From Candidatus Nomurabacteria bacterium (GTDB lineage: Bacteria; Patescibacteriota; Minisyncoccia; Phycocordibacterales; SBAW01): a stretch of 64,000 bases of DNA. Below are positions 1 through 8,614 of the stretch, piece by piece; the first letter of the stretch is position 1; every line of letters starts with the position of its first letter. A model generated the notes under the pieces. The model was not told the DNA's origin. It did no database searches and saw only the letters and a list, made by a program, of their open reading frames with translations. The DNA is taken from contig CALQYT010000002.1 in assembly GCA_943348815.1 (NCBI GenBank), forward strand, positions 37,129 to 101,128. The letters are read 5' to 3'. The position numbers and the translations under genes are program-made.

Positions 1-623
1 CGAGCGTGGAGTATGAAGTACAACAGGCTCTGAGCGGGAACTACGCGTTTATTCTCCCGAGGGATAATATTTTCTTATACCCGCGGCAGTATCTGGCCAC
101 CAAGCTCGTGCGTAATTATCCCGTGTTGGGAAGCGTGGATGTCCATGCGGCAGATTTTCATACCGTGGTGGTCAATCTCGTTGAGCGACAGCCACGAGCG
201 CTTTGGTGTTTGGATGAACCGCATTGTTTTTTTATGGACGAGAGCGGGATGATCTACGCGCCGGCGCCCACCTTTTCTACCGCCGTCTATGTAAGCTATT
301 TTGGCACTACCACACACGGTGAATATTTTTGGCGATTTTTAACGCCCGAACAATTTCCAACCCTCTCGGCTTTAGTTGATGCACTGGCTCAAAAAGTCCC
401 AACCGAAAAAGTTTTGCAAGTGGTGGTTGATGCCAACAGCGATGTATCGGTGGTGTTTGCTGAAAGTTTTACGCTCAAGTTTGGGTTACACGACCAAGGT
501 GGCGATGTGTTTGAGCGTTTTTCGCTCGCCCTTACCTCTGCCGTAATCTCCGCCCACAAACTCTCCGACTTCGACTACATCGACCTGCGCTTTGGCGACA
601 AGCTGTACTATAAGTTGAAATAA
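1..623 (+). CDS. ftsQ: Cell division protein FtsQ/DivIB, C-terminal part. The gene start lies upstream of the window.
   Basis: The C-terminal region resembles the FtsQ beta domain, including the motif 'YIDLRFGDKLYYK'. The ORF is open to the window edge. Confidence 0.55.
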   Translation, partial: SVEYEVQQALSGNYAFILPRDNIFLYPRQYLATKLVRNYPVLGSVDVHAADFHTVVVNLVERQPRALWCLDEPHCFFMDESGMIYAPAPTFSTAVYVSYFGTTTHGEYFWRFLTPEQFPTLSALVDALAQKVPTEKVLQVVVDANSDVSVVFAESFTLKFGLHDQGGDVFERFSLALTSAVISAHKLSDFDYIDLRFGDKLYYKLK

Positions 624-928
624 AAAAAGGCCGCTCAGTGAGCGTCCTTCTACTTGGTGGTCTGCGGCGGCGGATGAACTTGGCCGGCGGGTTTCAAACA
701 AAAACGCTTGTGCATGCCCACCCGTTCAAGAAATCTACGGGTGTTCGGTTCGAGGCTGGCCCTCTCCGACATCCGCCAGTGGATCGCCCTTTCGGCGAGC
801 CTGACTGCTTGCTGCAGACTGCGATAGTCGCCGTAGAGGTACGCTCCTGGTCCGTGACTGCTCATGGGTGTGGTCCTCGCGATCTTCCCGTTGACTACTG
901 TGCATTTTTAAAATAAAGTTGTCAAATA

Positions 929-1909
929 ATGTCGTCTGATAACTTTTGGGCAGAGCTGAAGAAACCCTTTTTTGTATTGGCGCCGATGGCGGATGTTACC
1001 GATGGGGCTTTTCGGCGCGTCATAGCAAAATATTCCAAACCCACTCAGTTTGTAACCTACACCGAGTTTGTGTCAGCAGATGGCTTGGCTTTGGCGCCTG
1101 AGGAGGGGCGAAAAAAGTTGCTGCGCGATTTGGTGTTTACCGATGCGGAGCGGCCGATTGTCGCGCAGTTTTTTACGAGCACGCCCGAGTATATGGAAAA
1201 GGCCGCGGCCCTGGCGCAAGAAATGGGGTTTGATGGCGTTGATATCAACATGGGTTGCCCCGCCGATGCGGTAGAGAAGCAAGGCGCTGGGGCAAAGTTG
1301 ATTTTAAACCCGGAGCGTGCGCAAGAACTTATTGCCGCGGCAAAGCGCGGCGCGCCCAACTTGCCCGTGTCGGTTAAGACGCGCCTTGGTTTTAACACCG
1401 ATATTTTAGAAGAATGGTTGCCCCAGCTGCTTGTGGCAGAGCCGGTCATGGTGGCTATCCACGCGCGCACGCGCAAAGAAATGTCGGCTGTACCTGCACG
1501 CTGGGAGCGTGTCAAGCGAGCGGTCGAAATCCGCAACGAGTTGGGAAGCAAAACTTTGATTGTTGGGAATGGTGACTTAAAAGATGTCGCAGATGCCGAA
1601 CAAAAAATAAAAGAGACGGGGGCCGATGGCGCGATGTTGGGGCGAGCTATTTTTGGTAAGCCCTGGCTATTCTCTTATTCTCACGAATTAGAGAATGAAG
1701 AAGCGCGGCTCAGGATACTGGTAGAACATACAAAGTCATTTGAAGAACTTCTGGGCGACATTAAAAGCTTTGCGATTATGAAAAAGCATTTTAAGGCGTA
1801 TGTAGAGGGCTTTACGGGTGCCAAAGAATTGCGGATGCAGTTGATGGAGGCAGAAAATGCGAGCCAAGTTGAGAAAATAATCGAGGAGTTTCTAAAAATG
1901 GAGTTATAG
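929..1909 (+). CDS. dus: tRNA-dihydrouridine synthase (Dus family)
   Basis: The N-terminus carries 'VLAPMADVTDGAFRRV', a Dus signature. Length 326 aa. The conserved 'MGCP' FMN/active-site region is present. Confidence 0.85.
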   Translation: MSSDNFWAELKKPFFVLAPMADVTDGAFRRVIAKYSKPTQFVTYTEFVSADGLALAPEEGRKKLLRDLVFTDAERPIVAQFFTSTPEYMEKAAALAQEMGFDGVDINMGCPADAVEKQGAGAKLILNPERAQELIAAAKRGAPNLPVSVKTRLGFNTDILEEWLPQLLVAEPVMVAIHARTRKEMSAVPARWERVKRAVEIRNELGSKTLIVGNGDLKDVADAEQKIKETGADGAMLGRAIFGKPWLFSYSHELENEEARLRILVEHTKSFEELLGDIKSFAIMKKHFKAYVEGFTGAKELRMQLMEAENASQVEKIIEEFLKMEL

Positions 1910-1941
1910 TTTAATAGGCAGCACATTCGCAATCCCTGTGG

Positions 1942-2772
1942 ATGGCCAGCCTCGATATTTTTGGAGGTCCCATGAAGGACGACGTAGCGGCTGATGTCGC
2001 AGACGACTCGTGGGAACCAACACGAGGAAAAGACGGCAAAATCCAAGTTGGTGTCAATCACAACGATACCAACTTTGGTCGGTATCAGTTCGATACCGTG
2101 GACTTGCCACGCTATATCGAACTTCACAAAAAAGGTGCTTTGGATTTTCAAGATCCAGACAAACACAAGTCCAGACCCTCTCACTTGCCGACTCTGGAGT
2201 GTGCCGAGGCGGAGTTGAAAAAGGAAAGTGGAGTAGTTATTGCACCACCAAAACCTGATTTAGTGGAACCTGAACCCGCACCTCGGCGTCCCAATCCCGT
2301 CCGTAAGCCGAAACCGCCTGCCCCAGCTCCAACGCCTCCAACCGAAGGAGCGGAAGGAGATTCTGAGACAGAGTCGGACGACTTGTTGATTCGGGCGGAG
2401 TACCAGCGGGTTGCGGTCATTCTGCCGCAACGTACTCCGGAAGCTTTTGGGGTGGCACTCAGACTGGACCCCTCGATAGTGAGGAAGTTCTTCGGGGATA
2501 ATCCTGTCTTTGCCCGAAGCCTTGAAGTTGTCGAGGCACCCAAGCCATTGCCGGCACCTCCTAAGCCGCCGGTAATCAAGCGCGCTAAGGCGAAGGTGAA
2601 GAAACCAAAGCCCAAGCCTCAACGTGCATTGGCTAAAAAGCCCGTCGAGAAGCGTACCCGAGCTAGGCCAAAACGTCGGAAAATGTCGCATGACGAGCAG
2701 CAGTTCCATAACTTGAAGTCCCAGCTAGTTGCCAAGATCAAAGCGACATTGGCCAAGATCAAACGAGGATGA
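1942..2772 (+). CDS. Hypothetical Pro/Lys-rich protein
   Basis: A 276-aa ORF with low-complexity PKP/PAP repeats and a highly basic C-terminus. No recognizable catalytic motif. Confidence 0.4.
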   Translation: MASLDIFGGPMKDDVAADVADDSWEPTRGKDGKIQVGVNHNDTNFGRYQFDTVDLPRYIELHKKGALDFQDPDKHKSRPSHLPTLECAEAELKKESGVVIAPPKPDLVEPEPAPRRPNPVRKPKPPAPAPTPPTEGAEGDSETESDDLLIRAEYQRVAVILPQRTPEAFGVALRLDPSIVRKFFGDNPVFARSLEVVEAPKPLPAPPKPPVIKRAKAKVKKPKPKPQRALAKKPVEKRTRARPKRRKMSHDEQQFHNLKSQLVAKIKATLAKIKRG

Positions 2773-2817
2773 GCCGACGAGAATACCGCCGGCTTTTTAA
2801 TTTGTTACACTAAGCCC

Positions 2818-3894
2818 ATGGCATCCTACTCCGCCAAGGCTACGCAGGATAAAAAAGGGGCTACTGAACGCACGCCTATGGCTTTGTATCGCAAGTACCG
2901 CCCCAGCGTATTTGGCGAGGTGCGCGGGCAAGAAGAGGTGGTGTCGGTGCTGCAAGCTGCGGTTAAAGATCGCACTATTGCGCACGCGTATTTGTTTGCG
3001 GGCGGGCGCGGCACGGGCAAAACATCGATGGCGCGCATTTTGGCCAAAGCGGTGGGCACGAACGACGAAGATGTTTATGAAATGGATGCGGCGAGCAATC
3101 GCGGCATCGACGAAGTGCGGCAGCTGCGCGAGGGTGTATCGACGCTGCCGTTTAGCTCGACCTACAAATTTTACATAATCGACGAAGCGCATGCGCTGAC
3201 GCGCGATGCGTGGGGCGCACTGCTAAAAACTCTTGAAGAGCCGCCCGAGCACGCTATTTTTGTATTGGCCACGACCGAACTTGATAAGGTGCCCGAAACG
3301 ATAGTCTCGCGCTGCCAGGTGTTTAGTTTTAAAAAGCCTTCGCACGCAACGCTCAAAAAGTTGGTGCTCGATGTCGCCAAAAAAGAAGGGGCAACGATAG
3401 AGCCCGCGGCCGCCGAACTTATTGCGCTCATGGGCGACGGCTCCTTCCGCGATACGCACGGGATTTTGCAAAAGGTGCTCACGGTCTCTGCTGATAGCAA
3501 ACTCACCGAAGCAGAAGTTGCCAAAGTGGTGGGCGCGCCCAAAGGTGCACTCGTGAATCAATTTGTCGAAGCGATGGGAGCCAAAAACACCGATACTGCG
3601 CTTAGCGTGCTGCAGCAGGCCACCCAGGGCGGGGTAGAGCCGCGTGTTTTTTGCCTCTTGGCGGTCGCCAAAGTGCGAGCAATCTTGCTGCTGCGCTTTG
3701 CCCCCAAACAAAAGGAGGCGCTGCTCGAGGAGTTTGGCCAAGATGACGTTAAATTTTTAGAGACGCTCGCCAAAGGAGCCCCGGCAATAAACGCCGCCCT
3801 GTTGGCCGAGCTTTTGACCGCACTTATCGAGATTCCGCGCTCGCCGCTACCGCAATTACCGCTCGAGTTGGCCCTCTACCGGGCCCTTGCGTAA
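2818..3894 (+). CDS. dnaX: DNA polymerase III subunit gamma/tau, compact form
   Basis: Contains 'YRPSVFGEVRGQEEVV...FAGGRGTGKTSMARILAKAV' (AAA+ clamp-loader Walker A) and 'YIIDEAHALT'. Only 358 aa, so the tau C-terminal domains are absent. The true start may be the internal Met at about 2878. Confidence 0.85.
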   Translation: MASYSAKATQDKKGATERTPMALYRKYRPSVFGEVRGQEEVVSVLQAAVKDRTIAHAYLFAGGRGTGKTSMARILAKAVGTNDEDVYEMDAASNRGIDEVRQLREGVSTLPFSSTYKFYIIDEAHALTRDAWGALLKTLEEPPEHAIFVLATTELDKVPETIVSRCQVFSFKKPSHATLKKLVLDVAKKEGATIEPAAAELIALMGDGSFRDTHGILQKVLTVSADSKLTEAEVAKVVGAPKGALVNQFVEAMGAKNTDTALSVLQQATQGGVEPRVFCLLAVAKVRAILLLRFAPKQKEALLEEFGQDDVKFLETLAKGAPAINAALLAELLTALIEIPRSPLPQLPLELALYRALA

Positions 3895-3951
3895 GGCTTC
3901 ACAAACGGGTGTATACTAGGGGCGTTCATTATTACTATAATTTTTTAGACT

Positions 3952-4341
3952 ATGGGAAAGACTTTATTGTGGATCTTCGGTGTTGTGTTTGTAGTGGTCG
4001 GCCTTTTGGGCTGGGTGGACAACCCGCTCGTAGGCGCTAACGGCCTCTTCCAGACCAACACCATGCACGACCTTGTGCACCTGGTCATTGGAGTCATCTT
4101 TATCCTCGTTGCGCTCTTTGCGGCAGACAGCGGTCCGATGGCCTTCAAGGTTATTGGCGTTGTCTACCTCTTGGTGGCAGTGCTTGGCTTTGTAATGACG
4201 CCGAATGGCGGCGCGTTGCTTGGCTTGGTGCAAACTAACATGGCGGACCATTGGTTGCACGTGGTCTTGGGCGTAGTCTTGCTTGCCATCGGCTTCCTGA
4301 TGCCGGCAGACGACGCATCCTCGGGCTCCGCGATGGCGTAA
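3952..4341 (+). CDS. Small polytopic membrane protein with an internal tandem duplication
   Basis: Two hydrophobic halves share a motif: 'LLGWVDNPLVGANGLFQTNTMHDLVHLVIGVI' and 'LGFVMTPNGGALLGLVQTNMADHWLHVVLGVV'. Confidence 0.5.
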   Translation: MGKTLLWIFGVVFVVVGLLGWVDNPLVGANGLFQTNTMHDLVHLVIGVIFILVALFAADSGPMAFKVIGVVYLLVAVLGFVMTPNGGALLGLVQTNMADHWLHVVLGVVLLAIGFLMPADDASSGSAMA

Positions 4342-4401
4342 GCCACGACCTCTGTGTTCTAAACAAACGCCCCGTAAGGGGCGTTTGTTATTTTCAGCAA
4401 G

Positions 4402-5580
4402 GTGGGGTGTTATGATTGGTTCATGACTCCAGAAGGGCTTTCTAAGGTATCCCAAGAAGTATCTTTAAAAGAAAATTTATTTGAAGCTGCTGATCGTGCC
4501 GATACTATACGCAAATGGGGGTTACTTCCAATTGCAACAGCCCTCGCTCTTACGACCATTTCGACTTATAAGGAAGGATCGGCACAGGCAGCGGAAGTGA
4601 CTCCCGGCATGACCTGGGAGGAGGGATTTAACGCTTTGAGAGATGATGTATTTACTAATCCGAACGAGCAGGCAGCATATGTAATTGTCAAAAAAGATGG
4701 CACCGTGTATTGGTCGGGGTCGACGGCTGGACAACGAGGGCGAGTGTTGCCTTCGACGAAGACAATAACCGAAGCGTTGGGGCGCGAGGCCCCCGGTTCC
4801 TTACAAGGACTTTGTTCTTTTCATACACATCCGCCGCGATCAGGTGGTTTGATTTCGATTGATGAGAAACGCGTCCTCGGCAATAGAGCGACCACTTTTT
4901 CGGTACCACCAAGTGGAGGGGATGTTGGTGCTACAAAAGTCGTCGATAGGGAGATCCGCGCGTTACTCGAAAGGAGCAACGCGTATACAGTGGATGTCAT
5001 TTTTGATCCATCTCGGGTGTGGCGTCATCGCATTGCCACCGACTCGGATCTTCAAAAATCTCCAATCGTCTGGAATGAGCTGGCCACCAGACGCGCAAAC
5101 AGCGAGAAATACCGATCTCATATAGAGACACGATTGGCCGCTTTTTCTGAAAGTGAACTCGATCAATTTATTGCGCTTTTAGGACCGGAGGATAGCCGTT
5201 TCATCAAAATGGTCGAATCTAACCGGGGTAAAATCTTTTCTGACAGTGAGGTTATTCAATCCAAAAAATCGGCTGTGCAATACGCACTCATTAAAAATAA
5301 TGTTGCTCTTATTGCTGCATTTTTTAAAAATGATACGAAGGGGGCAGACTTACAGAAGCTATGGTACGACGCTCTGAAAGAAGTTGAAAGAGAGTCGGAT
5401 AGTTGGAATGACGTTGTCTACGGCCAGTGGGTACCCGCTTCGTATGAAGGGAAACTTACGCAAGATTTATACAAAAAGCTACAAGAGGCCTATCTTCGGC
5501 TGGGGGTTGTGCTCGAGTCGTTTACTTATGAAGAAGTTGCCAAAGATCCGTTAAAGCTTTGTAAGTGGCCTGAGAGATAA
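4402..5580 (+). CDS. Hypothetical protein (392 aa)
   Basis: Long ORF with an N-terminal hydrophobic segment and a central 'SFHTHPP...PPSGGD' motif. Otherwise unrecognised. Confidence 0.45.
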   Translation: MGCYDWFMTPEGLSKVSQEVSLKENLFEAADRADTIRKWGLLPIATALALTTISTYKEGSAQAAEVTPGMTWEEGFNALRDDVFTNPNEQAAYVIVKKDGTVYWSGSTAGQRGRVLPSTKTITEALGREAPGSLQGLCSFHTHPPRSGGLISIDEKRVLGNRATTFSVPPSGGDVGATKVVDREIRALLERSNAYTVDVIFDPSRVWRHRIATDSDLQKSPIVWNELATRRANSEKYRSHIETRLAAFSESELDQFIALLGPEDSRFIKMVESNRGKIFSDSEVIQSKKSAVQYALIKNNVALIAAFFKNDTKGADLQKLWYDALKEVERESDSWNDVVYGQWVPASYEGKLTQDLYKKLQEAYLRLGVVLESFTYEEVAKDPLKLCKWPER

Positions 5581-5641
5581 ATCGTGTTTCTATTCAAGAC
5601 CACGTTTTTCTGATATTCTCAAATCGTTATTGGGCATATAT

Positions 5642-5680
5642 TGGGGGATCGTCCCTGGCCGGGCAGGCTAACGGTAGGAC
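5642..5680 (+). repeat. Partial duplicate of the tRNA-Gln 5' half ('tgggggatcgtc'+15-nt insert+'taacggtaggac'), placed directly before the GIY-YIG start codon
   Basis: Compare 5642-5680 with tRNA-Gln 5930-5955. The 12-nt and 13-nt blocks are identical. They are separated by the insert 'cctggccgggcaggc'. Confidence 0.6.
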
Positions 5681-5926
5681 ATGCATTACCTTTATATTCT
5701 TCGAAGTCTTGCGGACAAAAAGCATTACGTGGGAATAACCACTGACTTAGGTAAACGTCTTCGTTATCACAATGCAGGAAGGGTGCGTTCAACGAAAGCA
5801 AGAATCCCCTTTGAGCTTTTGTATAAAGAAGTTTATGCTACAAGAGTTGAGGCCCGGGCTCGTGAGAAGTACTTGAAGAGCTATAAGGGTTCAAAAGAGA
5901 AACTCACAATTCTGGAAAACCTCTAA
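5681..5926 (+). CDS. GIY-YIG nuclease family protein (YhbQ/UPF0213-like, 81 aa)
   Basis: Contains 'MHYLYILRS...KHYVGITTDLGKRLRYHN', the GIY-YIG core. The stop codon lies 3 nt before tRNA-Gln. Confidence 0.8.
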   Translation: MHYLYILRSLADKKHYVGITTDLGKRLRYHNAGRVRSTKARIPFELLYKEVYATRVEARAREKYLKSYKGSKEKLTILENL

Positions 5927-5929
5927 TTT

Positions 5930-6003
5930 TGGGGGATCGTCTAACGGTAGGACAGCGGCCTTTGAAGCCGTGAATCTAGGTTCGATTCCTAGTCCCCCAG
6001 CCA
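5930..6003 (+). tRNA. tRNA-Gln (anticodon UUG), CCA encoded
   Basis: Cloverleaf read by hand. The acceptor stem is TGGGGGA/TCCCCCA with U1:A72. The anticodon loop is CTTTGAA. The T-arm is GGTTCGATTCC. Discriminator G is followed by CCA. Confidence 0.85.
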
Positions 6004-6023
6004 GTTAAAGTAGATTAAAAAAC

Positions 6024-6641
6024 ATGAGCAAAAAACAAATCTTAATGATCCATGGCGGAATGACTTTTAAAAACCAAAAGGATTATTTGCATTACCTAAA
6101 AACAAAAAAAGTTTCCGCAAAGAAGAGGCAGTATTGGGAAGCTGATCTTGAAGAGAGGTTGGAAAAAAAGTTTGAAATCATAAGACCTCGCATGCCTTTG
6201 CAAGATAATGCAAAGTATCGTGACTGGAAGATTCTCTTTGAAAGATACACACCCCTTCTCAAGAAAGACTACATTCTGATAGGTTCTTCGCTCGGGGGAA
6301 TTTTCTTGGCACAATATTTGTCAGAACACAAAATGTCTAAGAAGGCCTTGTCAGTATATCTAGTATGCGCACCTTTCGATAGCGACATTCCGACGGAAGA
6401 TCTTGTCGGCGGTTTCAAACTTAGGGGTGATTTATCTTTGTTGGAAAAGAACTGTAGAAATTTGTACCTGATGTTTTCTAAAGACGACGACGTAGTGCCG
6501 GTCTCGCACGCGGAGAAATATAGAAAGAGACTAAAAAATGCGAAGATCTTGGTCTATAAAGGAAAGAAAGGACATTTCACTGTTTCTAAATTCCCCGAAA
6601 TCATCGGCCTAATTAAAAAAGACGTTTTGCTAAAGGTATAA
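6024..6641 (+). CDS. Alpha/beta hydrolase, serine hydrolase family
   Basis: Contains the 'GSSLGG' nucleophile elbow. The coding sequence is markedly AT-rich compared with its neighbours. Confidence 0.6.
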   Translation: MSKKQILMIHGGMTFKNQKDYLHYLKTKKVSAKKRQYWEADLEERLEKKFEIIRPRMPLQDNAKYRDWKILFERYTPLLKKDYILIGSSLGGIFLAQYLSEHKMSKKALSVYLVCAPFDSDIPTEDLVGGFKLRGDLSLLEKNCRNLYLMFSKDDDVVPVSHAEKYRKRLKNAKILVYKGKKGHFTVSKFPEIIGLIKKDVLLKV

Positions 6642-6648
6642 TCAGAAA

Positions 6649-6972
6649 ATGCCGAGCCAAGTTATTTTTCTCCTCCTATTGTTCGTTGCGGTTGCGTTAG
6701 AAACTATCGCCGACATTTTGTTTAAGGCGTCGTACCTTCAAAATCGTTCAGTCTTAATTGTTGCGGGAGTCGTTTTGTACACTGTAGGGACGGTCATATG
6801 GGCGCTCTCGTTGCGCTATGAGTTTCTGTCAAAAGCAATTTCTATTTTTACGGTCTTAAATCTGATTGCGGTACTCTTAGCGGGCTTTGTTATTTTTAAC
6901 GAACATCTTTCATTACTAAACAAAGTAGGCATTGGTTTGGGGATTATCAGTGTGATTTTGATGCAGCTTTAG
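6649..6972 (+). CDS. Small 4-TM membrane protein, SMR/EamA(DMT)-like
   Basis: 107 aa with four hydrophobic helices. The first helix carries 'ETIADILFK'. Confidence 0.45.
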   Translation: MPSQVIFLLLLFVAVALETIADILFKASYLQNRSVLIVAGVVLYTVGTVIWALSLRYEFLSKAISIFTVLNLIAVLLAGFVIFNEHLSLLNKVGIGLGIISVILMQL

Positions 6973-6983
6973 CTACGTAAATT

Positions 6984-7727
6984 ATGCAAATCATAAAAAC
7001 AAAAAGTTTTGAGATAGCGGTATATGTCAAAGGAGATCCGCGGTCATCCAAACTCGCCATTGTTATACCCGGTAGACTAGATACCAAAGACTACATTCAT
7101 AACACTAGCCTTGTAGATCTTTTGGCAGACAAAAATTATTTTGCCCTGTCTTTTGACCCGCCGGGAACGTGGGAGAGCTCGGGTGATATAGATTTGTATA
7201 CGACAACCAACACTATCAAGGTGGTTGATGAACTTATAGAATATTTTGGTAATAAACCTACGCTGCTTGCGGGTCACAGCAGGGGTGGGACGGTTGCGAT
7301 GCTTGTGGGGCCAACCAATCCGTATGTCACGCACATAATCCCAATTTTTTCGCACCCTGGAGCGCCAAGCGACCCGGAACCCGAGCGTGTAGTGGCTGGA
7401 AAGCTCATAAGTTATCGAGATCTTCCTCCGGGTACAGAAAAGACAAAAGAGCAGAAGAAATTCGAGCTGCCGCTTAGCTACTTTGAAGATGGGGCGCGGT
7501 ATGATGCATTGCCAGGGTTAAAAACTTACACGAAACCAAAACTTTTCTTTTTTGGGGCGCTCGATGTCATGAATACGCCTGATGGGGTAAAAGAAGCTTT
7601 TGATGCAAGCGCAGAACCAAAAGAAATCTGCGGTATAGAGTCTGAACATGATTATCGTCTGAGAGCTGAAGCTGTACGAGAAGTGAATAGCAAAATAGGG
7701 AAGTTTTTAGAAAATTTTACCTGGTAA
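6984..7727 (+). CDS. Alpha/beta-fold hydrolase
   Basis: Contains a 'GHSRGG' nucleophile motif. Length 247 aa. Confidence 0.6.
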   Translation: MQIIKTKSFEIAVYVKGDPRSSKLAIVIPGRLDTKDYIHNTSLVDLLADKNYFALSFDPPGTWESSGDIDLYTTTNTIKVVDELIEYFGNKPTLLAGHSRGGTVAMLVGPTNPYVTHIIPIFSHPGAPSDPEPERVVAGKLISYRDLPPGTEKTKEQKKFELPLSYFEDGARYDALPGLKTYTKPKLFFFGALDVMNTPDGVKEAFDASAEPKEICGIESEHDYRLRAEAVREVNSKIGKFLENFTW

Positions 7728-7740
7728 ACCTCTTTCGTTT

Positions 7741-8232
7741 ATGACCTACCACCCAACTGTAGAAAAAATAAAAAGCCTGCTTATTGAAAACGGGTATTGG
7801 TTTGAGACGTTTGAACATGAGCCGGTGCGCACGAGCGAGGAGGCTGCAAAGATACGGATAGGGTACACCCTCGAACAAGGCGCAAAGGCTATTATTGCCC
7901 GGGTAAAAGAGCTCGGCGTCGGCAAAAAGTTTGTTATGTTGGTAATGCCCGCGAATAAAAAATTTGATCCGGCCAAAATTAAAAGCAATTTAGGATTGAT
8001 TGATATTAGATTTGCCACCGAGCCAGAAGTTACAGAAATTACCAATGGGGTATTACCGGGCGGCGTGCCCCCGTTTGGAAATTTGTTTAACCTGCAAGTA
8101 TTTGCAGACAAAACGCTGTTTGATAACGAAAAAATAGTATTTAACGCCGGCGACCGCAGCTACTCTATTGCGATGAAATCAGCCGACTATCAGAAGATTG
8201 TTGTCCCGACCGTAGCAGACATTTGCCAATAG
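7741..8232 (+). CDS. YbaK/ProX-type aminoacyl-tRNA deacylase domain protein
   Basis: Typical YbaK-like domain. Contains '...GVLPGGVPPFGNLF...'. 163 aa. Confidence 0.7.
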   Translation: MTYHPTVEKIKSLLIENGYWFETFEHEPVRTSEEAAKIRIGYTLEQGAKAIIARVKELGVGKKFVMLVMPANKKFDPAKIKSNLGLIDIRFATEPEVTEITNGVLPGGVPPFGNLFNLQVFADKTLFDNEKIVFNAGDRSYSIAMKSADYQKIVVPTVADICQ

Positions 8233-8261
8233 AAAATTTTGATGTTATAGTTGGCCTATCT

Positions 8262-8594
8262 ATGGCCGACTTTAAACGGGGCGGGTTTGGGAAGGGCAAA
8301 TTTGGCGGTGCGCCGCGGCGCGAGTCGTCGGGCCCGGTGGTGCTGCACCAAGCTATTTGTGCGCAGTGCCAAAAAACCTGCGAGGTGCCTTTTCGCCCCA
8401 ACGGCAAAAAGCCGGTCCTCTGCCGCGACTGCTTTGGCGGCGCTAAGTTTGAAGGCTCTCAGCGCAAAGAGCGCCATGTGCCTCGTCCAAACTCTCATTT
8501 CGACTCTCGCCCCGACAATGTAGCCGCACAGATTGCCGAACTCAACGCAAAAATTGATGTGCTTACCCGCTTGGTCAAAGACCTCGCCAACTAG
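8262..8594 (+). CDS. CxxC-x17-CxxC zinc-ribbon protein
   Basis: The sequence 'CAQC' + 17 residues + 'CRDC' is an exact C-x2-C-x17-C-x2-C arrangement. The N-terminus is Gly-rich and basic. The Met at 8262 is preferred over the 8223 start, which overlaps the upstream gene. Confidence 0.55.
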   Translation: MADFKRGGFGKGKFGGAPRRESSGPVVLHQAICAQCQKTCEVPFRPNGKKPVLCRDCFGGAKFEGSQRKERHVPRPNSHFDSRPDNVAAQIAELNAKIDVLTRLVKDLAN

Positions 8595-8614
8595 CTTTTC
8601 CGCTGATTGCGGTT

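Noticed and set aside
3171-3773. Several minus-strand ORFs (123-172 aa) inside dnaX
   Set aside because: They are antisense shadows of a well-supported dnaX reading frame.
4402-5580. Confident call of a JAMM/MPN metalloprotease
   Set aside because: The His-x-His and S-x-x-D elements are separated by about 28 residues instead of 7, and no upstream Glu was identified. It is kept only as a low-interest hypothesis.
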